41,702 nucleotides of DNA. It comes from Chiloscyllium plagiosum. Lineage: Eukaryota. The stretch lies in the NCBI RefSeq assembly GCF_004010195.1, contig NC_057753.1, positions 8,867,484 through 8,909,185 on the forward strand. Direction: 5' to 3'. The translations under genes were made by a program, and so were the position numbers. Below, piece after piece: positions 12,640 through 22,589 of the stretch. The first letter of the stretch is position 1. The number at the start of each line of letters is the position of its first letter. The notes under the pieces are model-generated. The model was not told where the DNA came from and did not search any database. It worked only from the letters and a program-made list of their open reading frames with translations.

Positions 12640-13408
12640 CAGAGGATTGCGAAAGCTTTCAGAACCCACAAAAAACAAACAGGAAAGAATGGAGGGGCAA
12701 ACCGAAATTTTGAGAGTCAGCTTGGAAGCATCACTGAGAAATCGGCGGACTGGGTTTATTGGGTACCCGTTCTCCTTAAATACACTATATACGTATTTCT
12801 CTTCTGCTCTTCGTAGTTTCTCTGTGCTGCAGTGTGTAGTGGCTCATTGAAATAATGTCCTGATGCAGCTTCGTTTGTGGATGTTGGGAGTAAATCCTTC
12901 TGTGGTTAAGCACTTGGTTTGCGTGTGTTGTTTTTCTGTAGACGCCAGTTTGAAGTTCACCCTTGACTGTTCGCTCTACTGTGACATCTAAGAATGGCAC
13001 TTTGTTGTTGTTCTCCTCCTCTTCAAATCAGGAGCCACCCTCAGGCCATATTCTCACTACTTGGAATACCAATATACAGACTAGTCAAAGGCCTCCACTG
13101 AAGACTAAAACACCAAGTCGAAGATTCACGCCACTCCATTTACTCCATCCAAGAATTCCTGAATACCAAAGACACTAAGTTAGAAGAGGATGGAATAATG
13201 ATGTCCTTTGACATAACAGCCCTGTTCACATCCACTAACATCAACGTGGCCAAAGAAAACTGAAGACACTACTCGAAGAACCAAAGACACAAACACAGCA
13301 TCAACTTCATCAGCAAAGATAGCACTATCCAGCTCGTGGAACTGTGCATTACCACCCACTTCATATTCAGTAACAAGCCCGACAAACAAATCAACGAAAT
13401 ACCCTATC
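12640..13408. mobile_element. Penelope-like RT fragments, back-to-back (minus about 12640-13022, plus about 13025-13408)
   Basis: Minus: PFLDVTVERTVKGELQTGVYRKTTHANQVLN. Plus: EEDGIMMSFDITALFTS...LVELCITTHFIFSNKPDKQINEIP. Confidence 0.85.
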
Positions 13409-13908
13409 NNNNNNNNNNNNNNNNNNNNNNNNNNNNNNNNNNNNNNNNNNNNNNNNNNNNNNNNNNNNNNNNNNNNNNNNNNNNNNNNNNNNNNNNNNNN
13501 NNNNNNNNNNNNNNNNNNNNNNNNNNNNNNNNNNNNNNNNNNNNNNNNNNNNNNNNNNNNNNNNNNNNNNNNNNNNNNNNNNNNNNNNNNNNNNNNNNNN
13601 NNNNNNNNNNNNNNNNNNNNNNNNNNNNNNNNNNNNNNNNNNNNNNNNNNNNNNNNNNNNNNNNNNNNNNNNNNNNNNNNNNNNNNNNNNNNNNNNNNNN
13701 NNNNNNNNNNNNNNNNNNNNNNNNNNNNNNNNNNNNNNNNNNNNNNNNNNNNNNNNNNNNNNNNNNNNNNNNNNNNNNNNNNNNNNNNNNNNNNNNNNNN
13801 NNNNNNNNNNNNNNNNNNNNNNNNNNNNNNNNNNNNNNNNNNNNNNNNNNNNNNNNNNNNNNNNNNNNNNNNNNNNNNNNNNNNNNNNNNNNNNNNNNNN
13901 NNNNNNNN
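13409..13908. other. Assembly gap (500 N)
   Basis: Exact run of 500 N, so the true size is unknown. Confidence 1.
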
Positions 13909-13939
13909 TGTCCTCTACAGCCACAACATAACTTACTAA

Positions 13940-15060
13940 CTCCAATAGTCAGTTAGATGATTGTGAAAGCTTACAAAACCCACAAAAATCAAGCAGGAAA
14001 GAATGGAGGGACAAACCGAAGTTTTGAGAGCCAGCTTGGAAGCATCACTGAGAAATCGGCGGACTGGGTTTATTAGGTACCCCTTCTCCTTAAATACACT
14101 ATATACGTATTTCTCTTGTGCTCTTCGTAGTTTCTCTGTGCTGCAGTGTGTAGTGGCTCGTTGAAATAATATCCTGATGCAGCTTCGTTTGTGGGTGTTG
14201 GGATGATTGCTTCTGTGTTTAAGTATTTGGTTTGTGTGTGTTGTTTTCCGGTCGATGATCATTTGAAGTTCCCCATTGACTGTTCGCTCTACTGTGACAT
14301 CTAAGAATGGCAGTTTATTGTTGTTCTCCTCCTTTTCAAACCAGGAGCCCCCCTCAGGCCCATAGTCTCACGACTTGCAACACCAATATACAGACTAGTC
14401 AAAAGCCCCTACTCTAGACTAAAACACCAAGTCGAACATTCACTCCACTCCATTTACTCCATCCAAGAATTCCTGAACACCAAAGACACTAAGATAGAAG
14501 AGGATGGAATAATGATGTCCTTTGACACAACAGCCCTGTTCACTTTCATTAACATCAACGTGGCCAAAGAAAACTGAAGACACTACTCGAAGAACCAAAG
14601 TCACAAACACAGCACCAACTTCATCAGCAAAGATAACACTGTCAAGCTCGTGGAACTGTGCCTTACCACCCATTTCATATTCAGTAACAAGCCCTACAAA
14701 CAAATCAACGAAATACCCATGAAACACTTCTGTCATCAAAAAATGAAACAAATTAGAAGAAACCTACAACACCATCAACAATATCCTTACTGGCATAAAA
14801 TTCACAAAAGAGGAGAACAACACCAAAGTGCCATTTCTCGATGTCACAGCAGAGCGAACAGTCAAGGGTAAATTCAAAAGAGCCTCTCCAGGAAAAAAAC
14901 CACACGCAAACCAAATACTTGGCTACAGAAGTAATCATCCCTACACATACAAACAAATCTGAATGAGGACACTATTTCAACTAGCACTGCAGCACTCAGT
15001 GACTCCGAATACCAATAAATAACGTACAGCGCATTTAAGGAGAATGGGTAGCCAAAATAC
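13940..15060. mobile_element. Penelope-like RT fragments, back-to-back (minus about 13945-14335, plus about 14338-15060)
   Basis: Minus: RKTTHTNQILKHRSNHPNTHKRSCIRILFQRATTHCST...FKEKGY. Plus: LVELCLTTHFIFSNKPYKQINEIPM...PFLDVTAERT...FKENG. Paralogous to 12640-13408. Confidence 0.85.
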
Positions 15061-15066
15061 GCACTG

Positions 15067-15070
15067 AAAA
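15067..15070 (-). terminator. Pol III TTTT terminator after tRNA-Glu
   Basis: The minus strand reads ...CAGGGAA ATAA TTTT directly after the tRNA. Confidence 0.6.
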
Positions 15071-15074
15071 TTAT

Positions 15075-15146
15075 TTCCCTGACCGGGAATCGAACCCGGG
15101 CCGCAGGGGTGAAAGCACCGAATCCTAACCACTAGACCACCAGGGG
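15075..15146 (-). tRNA. tRNA-Glu (TTC), full length, slightly degenerate
   Basis: CCCCTGGTGGTCTAGTGGTTAGGATTCGGTGCTTTCACCCCTGCGGCCCGGGTTCGATTCCCGGTCAGGGAA. A and B boxes are intact. There is a C-A mismatch at the first acceptor pair and a T-C mismatch in the anticodon stem. Confidence 0.9.
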
Positions 15147-15183
15147 CATATTGGTGCAGCTTGCCAGCTCTAATGAAAATTGC

Positions 15184-15215
15184 TTCCCTGCCCGGAAATC
15201 GAACCCAGGCCACGG
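15184..15215 (-). pseudogene. 3' half of a second tRNA-Glu
   Basis: CCGTGGCCTGGGTTCGATTTCCGGGCAGGGAA followed by GCAATTTT. The 5' half is replaced by PLE sequence. Confidence 0.75.
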
Positions 15216-15578
15216 TCGTTCGAAGGCTTCCACCAATGTCATTTCTTGTATCCATTTCTCCCGAAGGGGTATCCTCTACAATGGGGAGATTGGAGACTCC
15301 TCACAGAGTCAAGTCACAGCGCTTGAGCGAACATCTCCAGGACACCCGCAACAATCAACGCCATCGCCCTATGGCCCAACATTTCTACCCCCCCCCCCCC
15401 CACTCTGCCGGGGACATGCAGGTCCTGGGCCTCCTCCATCGCCGCTCCGTCCCCACCCGATGCCTGGAGGAAGAACACGCCAACTTCCGCCTCGGATACA
15501 TTCAACCCCCAGGACATCAATGCGGACTTCTCAAGTGTCCACATTTCCCCTCCCTCCACCTTACCTCAGTTCCAACCT

Positions 15579-15668
15579 GAAAATGTGTTGCTGGAAAAGC
15601 GCAGCACGTCAGGCAGCATCCAAGGAACAGGAGAATCGACGTTTCGGGCATAAGCCCTTCTTCAGGAA
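15579..15668 (-). mobile_element. 90 bp PLE-terminus mini-insertion with 13 bp TSD
   Basis: Flanked by TCAGTTCCAACCT (15566-15578) and TCAATTCCAACCT (15669-15681). It is an inverted copy of about 15856-15945. Confidence 0.75.
15638..15665 (-). ncRNA. Minimal type I hammerhead ribozyme motif
   Basis: CTGAAGA-A-GGGC-TTAT-GCCC-GAAAC-GTC: intact core, 4 bp stem II, GUC triplet. Confidence 0.7.
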
Positions 15669-15859
15669 TCAATTCCAACCTTCCAGGTCCTCATGGCTTA
15701 TCCTACCTGCCAATCTCCCTTCCCACCTATCCGCTCCACCCTCCTCTCTGACCTGTCACCTCCGTCCCCACCCCCATTCACCTATTGTACTCTTTGCATC
15801 CTTCCGCCCAGCAGCCCCCAATTTATCTCGCCACCCCTGGAAGCGTGCTGCCTCTATTC

Positions 15860-15887
15860 CTGATGAAGGGCTTTTGCCCGAAACGTC
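15860..15887 (+). ncRNA. Minimal type I hammerhead ribozyme motif
   Basis: CTGATGA-A-GGGC-TTTT-GCCC-GAAAC-GTC within a PLE terminal repeat. Confidence 0.7.
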
Positions 15888-15990
15888 GATTTTCCTGCTC
15901 CTCGGAAGCTGTCTCACCTGCTGTGCTTTTCCAGCACCACTCTGATCTAAACTCTGGTTTCCAGCATCTGCTGTCCTCACTTTTGCCGAT

Positions 15991-16220
15991 CCAATAAACC
16001 TAGTGTACCGATTTCACATCAACAAACTGATACAAGCAAACACAACGTCTGCAGAAACCCTAGCCACATTACTTTACATTAAAGACATCTGTGAAATGAT
16101 GTCCAGACAACTCAACCCTCTCAGCATTAAACAGCGGCTAATGAATCTAAAATACCCTATACAAACAACCAGCAAACGAATGCTATTTATAAAATACCAT
16201 ACAAGGAAATATATACATGA
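15991..16220 (+). mobile_element. Penelope-like RT-endonuclease linker fragment (continuation of the piece ending at 15060)
   Basis: Translates ETLATLLYIKDICEMMSRQLNPLSI-KQRLMNLKYPI, then an IYKIP-like start of the GIY-YIG domain. Confidence 0.75.
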
Positions 16221-16482
16221 ACTCTGCCGCTCTGTTCTCTGTGGCAAGAAATGCTGGGATGAGATAAGGAAGATTTTTTCAGCCAAAACGAATCAGCACT
16301 GACGGGACAGCCATTTAAAATCAACGCTGTCAGGCCAGGATGGAAGACCCGAAGGGATGAACACTATTCTTATTTCCGGAAGATTTACAAAGCTGAGACT
16401 GGGTTTTGGTGTTTGTTCCCTTTCCACTCCCAGAAGCCGCAGTGGTTGGGGCGGTGAGTTGGGGAAAGTGAAATGTGCCCGC

Positions 16483-16560
16483 GAGACAGTGAAAAGAGTC
16501 TTGTTCCTGCAGATCAGGAATTCAAACCGTATGCCGGCTTCAGGACAATGAGAAAGATTA
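16483..16560 (-). repeat. Left arm of an inverted repeat with 17945-18019
   Basis: The reverse complement of 16483-16526 matches 17976-18019 at 38/44 nt, with a weaker extension containing TTTCTCATTG. Confidence 0.8.
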
Positions 16561-16599
16561 ATTGGGGTGTGTGAAGAAGCTGTGAGCTGCATTTCAAAC

Positions 16600-16720
16600 A
16601 GGTAGGTGGAGTCAGATGCGTCATCCATTGCGTGCCTGGCAATGTGCGCACCTGACGCCGCCATGATGCAGAGTTCTGACGTTAACACGGACATGCGCAG
16701 CAATAGGAACATTCACAAGA
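16600..16720. promoter_or_regulatory. Possible CpG-containing promoter-like segment
   Basis: Locally retained CpGs, with GCCGCCATG (YY1-like), CATGCGCA and TGTGCGCA (NRF1-like half sites) and two TGACG. Motif evidence only. Confidence 0.3.
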
Positions 16721-17061
16721 GGAACTGCCAAAGATAATCACCGTCACTGCTTCCCTTCCATAGTACCAACTTTGTGAAGCTGTATCTTTCACTGGCAAAT
16801 AAAACACATTAATCCTCAGGTGCCTGCTTCATTTCGATCAGGACTTCACGCCCCTCACTGTTCTAGTCTCATTTCCAAACTCCTGGCTCACAGCCTCAAA
16901 AGCAGCTCTGTGGGTATCTGCTTGTTTCACACTGACAGGCAGTGGGTTGCAGATTCCCGACCAGTCCCAATGTGATTGAAATATTTCAACCCCTCCACTG
17001 ATTTGTATCTTTAAAAAAACGGTGGAGCAATCTCCCTTTCCTTTTGACGACAGTTCTCAAC

Positions 17062-17143
17062 TGTAGTCGGCAGGGTTCACACCTGCGTGGGGAAACCTCA
17101 ATGGATTTCATGTCCATCGCTTTCACCACTCGGCCCACCAGAA
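17062..17143 (-). pseudogene. tRNA-Ser (TGA) pseudogene
   Basis: ...GGCCGAGTGGTGAAAGCGATGGACATGAAATCCATTGAGGTTTCCCCACGCAGGTGTGAACCCTGCCGACTACA has the long variable arm of tRNA-Ser. The T-loop (GTTCGA to GTGTGA) and the 5' acceptor strand are damaged. Confidence 0.85.
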
Positions 17144-17619
17144 CCACACTGACAGCTTCATTTCCCAGGTCTCTCTGCCTGTGGAGCTGAGAAAGAGTGA
17201 ATCATTGAAGAGTTTGTTTGAATCCAATCACTTCACAGGTTTCGAAAGGGTGAAATATCTGTGAATGGCGAGTCTGGGTGTTTCATCCCGAAATGGATGT
17301 TCAGTTAGAAACAAAAACAGAAATTGCAGGAGCACTCAGCAGGTCAGGCATCATCTGTGGAAAGAGAATCAGAGACAATATTTCAGAACTCTTTTTTTTT
17401 GCCTCATCCTGGTACAGCCAAACCTGCTGAGTTTCTTCAAAATTTTCTCTTTCTGTCTAGGACTCTCAGCATCCGCAGTCCGAAATTCAATCAATCCTGA
17501 AACTCCTTTGGGCTTCCTCAGAGGAGAAGACGTCCGTTTGGGAAACATTTTCCTGACACCATTAAAAACGCGCACCTTCGCAGCCAAGAAAGCGGGAGGA
17601 GAGAGAACAACAAACACCC

Positions 17620-17693
17620 AGTCTCTGGGTGGTCTCGAAGCACTAATGTCTCTGTTAACAGCCGAACGCGCTGACCAATTGCGCCACAGAGAC
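17620..17693 (-). pseudogene. tRNA-Asn (GTT), degenerate and probably a pseudogene
   Basis: GTCTCTGTGGCGCAATTGGTCAGCGCGTTCGGCTGTTAACAGAGACATTAGTGCTTCGAGACCACCCAGAGACT has mismatches in the anticodon and T stems, and no adjacent T-run terminator. Confidence 0.85.
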
Positions 17694-17944
17694 TGGTCAC
17701 GGCACTGTACGCACAGTCTCTTTGAAGAAGCTACTATTCAATTCATAATTCAACCTGCCCCGCCCAGAATTACCATGTCTTCTATCAGTTTTACTTTTCC
17801 ATAATAAAGCCTTGGACATTCATTGTGGAGACATGGGGACAGTCTGATCCCACCATCTGTAGGCACATCCATGTCACGAGGAACTAGCTCTCCTACACCG
17901 GGGCCATCGCCCTCCGAGCCTTTCAGTGTTTTGCCTCTTACCAA

Positions 17945-18019
17945 AATTTCTCATTGGCCCCGATCCGAGAAGGGATTTGAATTCCTGATGTGCAGGAACG
18001 AGAAATTTTTCAATGTCTC
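17945..18019 (+). repeat. Right arm of an inverted repeat with 16483-16560
   Basis: TTTGAATTCCTGATGTGCAGGAACGAGAAATTTTTCAATGTCTC. Confidence 0.8.
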
Positions 18020-18754
18020 AGTTCAGTTCATGTCCGGAGAATAACAGAGACAATCTCCCGGCCTCTTAAACAAGGGGACGGTGTCTGGACTGTCTCTGCT
18101 CAGTCGGACAGTTCATCCTTCATTCTCCTCTAATTCCATTTCCCAAAGAGTTTCTAAAGGTTCACAAAGCTGGAGACTGGGATTTCTGTTTTACTTCCTG
18201 AACATTTTTCCACCTGCTAACTGACAATATTTTGGCAAAACCTCTTCCCCATTGTAACACTTGCATCATTTCAAAGGATGAGGAATTTCCATTTTGTGGA
18301 GACATTCCCAAATTTGGGAATGTTCTCTTTGGAGCAAGAGGCTATCGGCAATGATGGGAGAAGACGTGGTGTGAAAGGGCAGGTTAATGATCAGAAGAGC
18401 CTCTTGCCACTGACTTGGGTCAGTTAACAGGGGACAAGGATTGAAGTTCGTTAATGGAAAGCAGCATTTGTGTAGAACAAACACAGCGAATACTGCAGAA
18501 AGCCAACGGGTCGAGTAGCATCTGTGGAAAGGTAAACAGGGCCGACGTTTTGAGTGTGCAACAGTTTTTGTTCAGAACTCAGTGTTTTGTCTCTTCCCGA
18601 AGTTGGTCCAGGTCTGTGTGTCAGTTGGCAAACACATGGCAAGTGCAGTGCCGCAATGTGAAGTTATAGCTTTTGCTGTTTAAAAAAAAGCAGTGCATTG
18701 TTTAAATGGTGATATATTGGAATGTGGAGGAAGTGAGGACTAGAGGTGAAAGTC

Positions 18755-18846
18755 GAAAAATGTGGCACTGGAAAAGCACAACAGGTCAGGCAGCATCTGA
18801 GGAGCAGGACAGTGAACGTTTCGGGCACAAGCCCTTCATCAGGAAT
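18755..18846 (-). mobile_element. ~90 bp PLE-terminus mini-element with hammerhead motif (18815-18842)
   Basis: CTGATGA-A-GGGC-TTGT-GCCC-GAAAC-GTT. It has about the same extent as the 15579-15668 insertion. Confidence 0.7.
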
Positions 18847-19079
18847 GATGTATGGATGTACAAAGGGGTCTCAGAGTCCCTCCAGACCAGTCAATGCCAG
18901 TTGTCGGGCAGATGCAGCAGGCAATGAGCAAGGCAAGTGGTATATTACGAAGAAGAATTGAGTTCAGAAGTGGGGTCATTGAACATATTTAAGGCTAAGT
19001 TCATCCGAGTTTTGAACAACAAAGAAGTGGATGGTTATGGGGGGAGGTAAGAAAATGGTTTGAAGACCAGTACAGGTCT

Positions 19080-19592
19080 GTCACAGAGTCTTACAGCACT
19101 GAACAGACCCTTCATCCAACTAGTCCATGTAAACTCGTCCCACCTACCAGTGTTTGGACCATAACCCTTTGAAACTTTCGTATTCATGTACTTACTCAAA
19201 TATCTTTTAAACGTTGTAACTGTACATGTATAAAGTAATGTGGGGCATGGATATGATAAATAGACAAAGTCTTTTCCCTGGGGTGGGTAGTCCAGAATGA
19301 GAGGGCATGGGTTTAGCGTTAGAGGGGAAAGATACAAAACAGATCTAAGGGGCAACCTTTTCACGCAGAGGATGGTGCGTTTATTGAATGAACTGCCAGA
19401 GGAAGTGGTGAAGTCTAGTACGATTACAACATTTAAAAGGCATTTGGTTAGGTATATGAATAGGAAGGGTTTGGAGGGATATGGGGCCGTGTGCTGTCAG
19501 GTGGGACTAGATTGGGTTGGGATAGTTGGTCGGCATGGACAAGTTGGACCAAACAGATTGTTTCTGTGCTGTACATCTCTATGACTCTATGA
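19080..19592. mobile_element. Two CR1 3' ends joined back-to-back (minus about 19080-19225, plus about 19226-19592)
   Basis: Plus: RGHGFSVRGERYKTDLRGNLFTQRMVRLLNELPEEVV, ending in (CTCTATGA)2. The minus piece carries TVTTFKRYLSKYMN and the same 3' UTR. Confidence 0.8.
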
Positions 19593-19624
19593 CTTCCTCT
19601 GGACATTCATTCTGCACTCAGACC

Positions 19625-20225
19625 ACTCTCTTAAAAAACAATCCTTGTTCTGTCTTTATAAAATATTTCTCTACTCCCCTCAAAATATTTGCTCCCTGAT
19701 CCTGAAACCCCCAGCTGAGGGAAAGGACACCAGTTGTTCACCTCATCCGTATCCCTCATGATTTTATAATCCTCTATAAGGTCACCTCTCAATCTCCTAT
19801 GTTCCAGTGAGAAACGTTCCAGCCTATCCACCCTAGATGTAGGTATATTCATATCCAGTTATTTAGTGTTCAATGCTGGTGCAGGCTGGAAAGATCAAGT
19901 GGTCTACTCCTGCTCCCAATTTATCCTGGCTGTTACGTTTCTCAGCCCTATTCTCCCATTTTCTCCCCGCAACTCTCAACCCTTAATACTCTATCTCAGT
20001 GTTAAGCATACTCAGTGACCTGGCCTCCACAGCTTTCTGTGACAATGAATTACATAGATTCACCACTCTCTGACTAAAGAAGTTTTTTCCTAATCTCCAT
20101 TCTCCCTTTATGCTGAGGCCATGCCCATGGATATTAGTCTCTCCTCCCAATGAAAATATCTTTACACTGTCCGCTCTGTCCAGGCCGTTCAATATTATGT
20201 ACGTTTCAGTTCGATCCCCCTTGCA
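19625..20225 (-). mobile_element. CR1 LINE RT C-terminal fragments
   Basis: Translates DRLERFSLEHRRLRGDLIEDYKIMR and NFFSQRVVNLCNSLSQKAVEARSL. Confidence 0.8.
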
Positions 20226-20374
20226 TGTGGGCCTGTTAATCAGCATGAACCAGACCCTTCAGGATGAGGACAGCCGGGATTCGGTTCAACAAAGTGAGAA
20301 TGGAGGGAGAGTGTGTGGGATGGAGATTTTTCAGCTTTTAGGGAATAAGAGAGGAAAGAAAGTTTGATATAAAT

Positions 20375-21192
20375 TATACTTGATCGGATGAGACGATGGG
20401 CCAAGAAGTGGCAGATGGAGTTTAATTTAGACAAATATGAGCTGTTGCATTTTGATGAGGCAATCAGGGCAGGACATATGTGGTTAATGGTAAATTCCTG
20501 GGGAATGTTGCTGAACAAAGAAACCTTGGGAAGCAGGTTCATAGTTCCTTGAAAGTGGAGTTGCAAAAAGATAGGATAGCAAAGAAGGCGTTTGGTACGC
20601 TTTCCTTTATTGGTCAGAACACTGACTCTAGGAGTTGGGAGGTAATGTTGTGGCTGCACAGGACATTGGAAAGGCCACTTTTGGAATACCGCACTCAGTT
20701 CTGGTTACCCTGCTGTCGGAAAGGTGTTGTGAAACTTGAAAGAGTTCGGAAAAGATTTAGGAGGTTGTTGCCAGAGTTAGAGGGTTTGAGCTACAGGGAG
20801 AGACTGAATAGACTGGGGCTGTATTTCCTGGAGCGTCTGTGACCATTCGAAGTTTATAAGGGGCATGTAAAGGTGAATAACGGAGATCCTTTCCTCAGGA
20901 TATGGGAGTCCGAAAGTAGAGAGTATAAGTTTGTGGTGAGGGGGGAGGATTTAAAGGGACCTGAGGGGCAGCATTTTCATGCAGAGGGTGATGTGTGTAT
21001 GGAACGAGCTGCCAGAGAAAATGGTGGAGGCTGGTACAATTACAATATTTAAAGGCATCTGGATGGGTATATGAATAGGAAGGGTTCAGAGGGTTATGGG
21101 CCAAATGCTGGCAAGTAGGACGAGACTAATTTTGGATATCTGGTTGGCACGGACGGGTTGGACGAAGGGTCTGTTTCCGTGCTGCATGACTC
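20375..21192 (+). mobile_element. 5'-truncated CR1 LINE (RT C-terminus plus 3' UTR)
   Basis: Translates WAKKWQMEFNLDK...KKAFGTLSFIGQNTDSRSWEVMLWLHRTLERPLLEYRTQFW...LSYRERLNRLGL, with tail GGGTCTGTTTCCGTGCTGCATGACTC. Confidence 0.9.
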
Positions 21193-22525
21193 GAATGATC
21201 TTTGGTGAAAGCTGAAGTGTCGTTGTGAAGAGTGGACTTTCAGAAGCAGCTTTCAGAGATGTTTTGCCCTTGCGAGGACAAGAAATCTTCCATTTGTGAG
21301 ATAGCAGCTGGGTGAGTGAGCACATCCAGGATTTTGTTAGAAAGTGGAAATTCATTGCACTGTGGGGATGAAGTGTTTTAAGTTTTACCAGTAAATACAG
21401 TATGCTGAGCGGGGAGCATAGGGAAGGGTTAGGTAGGTTTTTGTTTTAAACTGCACATTTCTGTCAGGCTCCAGCATTGTATTTCCTTTGCTGTCGATCA
21501 GAAGGTGCAGTAAATCAGTAACTGGTATCGTTAGAAGCCTTACGATTTTCAGGACTGCAAGTATTGCATTGTTTCACCAGCATTGTAAAGGTCACTGGCA
21601 GCAGCAGTAGGTGTGGGCTGTATTCACTAGAAATGATTAAGCATTTAGATAACACACAAAAAAGAGGGCTAGTTGGAACTTGTCTTTCGATTTGTGGAAG
21701 ATGGGACATTCTGGGTGCTGCGATCGGGAGCAAACATAGCTGCAGTATATCATTGAATCCCTACAGTGTGGAAGCAGGCCATTCAGGCCATCAAGTCCAC
21801 ACTGAGCCCTCCAAAAACATACTACCCAGACACACCTCCCAACCACTCCACCATCACCACCCCATCAGGTCTTTTCTGCTGGTGGGTGAGAGTGGGCTGC
21901 AAGATTAGAGGGAAGTAGAATTCGGACAGAGATGAGGAGGAGTTGCTTTTCCCAGAGGGCGGTGCATCTATGGAATTCTGTGCTCAAGGAAGCAGTAGAG
22001 GCAGCTTCATTACGACACTGTTGGATGAGTTTTTGCGTGGTAGGGGAATTAAGTGTAGTTGGGATAATGCAATTAAGGGGAGCTGAGATGATTGATAGAT
22101 CAGCCATGATTTTAATGAATGGTGGAGTAGGATCGATGGGCCAAATGGCCTACTCCTTCCATTACTTTGAAATTATAACCCTGCGTTTCCCATGGCTAAC
22201 ACTCCTAACCTGCACATCCCTGGACACTGGGCAATTTAGCATGGCCAATCCAAATCAAGGCCAGTGAGCAATGTAGTGATGTGGAAACCAAACACCAGCA
22301 CACTGTACTTACTGGTAAAACTTAAAACACTTCATCTCCACAGTGCAATGAATTTCCACTTTCTAACAAAATCCTGGATGCACTCAATCACCCAGGTGCT
22401 ATCTCACAAATGGAAGATTTCTGCTCCTCGTAAGGGCAAAACATCTTTGTAAGTTGCTTCTGAAAGTTCACTCTTCACAACGTTTTCACCAAAGATCATT
22501 CGAGTCATGCAGCACGGAAACAGAC
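21169..22525. repeat. Inverted duplication with ~235 bp arms (21169-21407 and 22296-22525) and ~890 bp spacer
   Basis: The arms translate almost identically on opposite strands (MNFHFLTKSWM...SHKWKIS.PRKGKTSL). Confidence 0.9.
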
Positions 22526-22589
22526 AAGGGACAAGGAGAACAAATGTACTAGCAATCAAAACTGGATTCTAACCATCACAAAAAAACTA

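Larger units (their letters stand above)
15225..15990 (+). mobile_element. Penelope-like element 3' portion (GIY-YIG endonuclease relic plus terminal repeat)
   Basis: Reads NVISCIHFSRRGILYNGE (GIY-YIG motif), then RLSEHL...PMAQHF...DMQVLGLLH...CLEEEH...FRLGYIQPPG, and ends with a hammerhead-containing terminus. Confidence 0.85.

Noticed and set aside
13336..13956. Long ORFs spanning the gaps (also 38134-38861)
   Set aside because: These are artefacts of translating N runs.
15151..15945. 264 aa ORF, the longest in the window
   Set aside because: It is a chance read-through of an antisense tRNA half, a frameshifted GIY-YIG relic and terminal repeats, not a coherent protein.
17062..17143. Possible selenocysteine or suppressor tRNA
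   Set aside because: The anticodon reads TGA (Ser, decoding UCA), not TCA, and the body matches ordinary tRNA-Ser.
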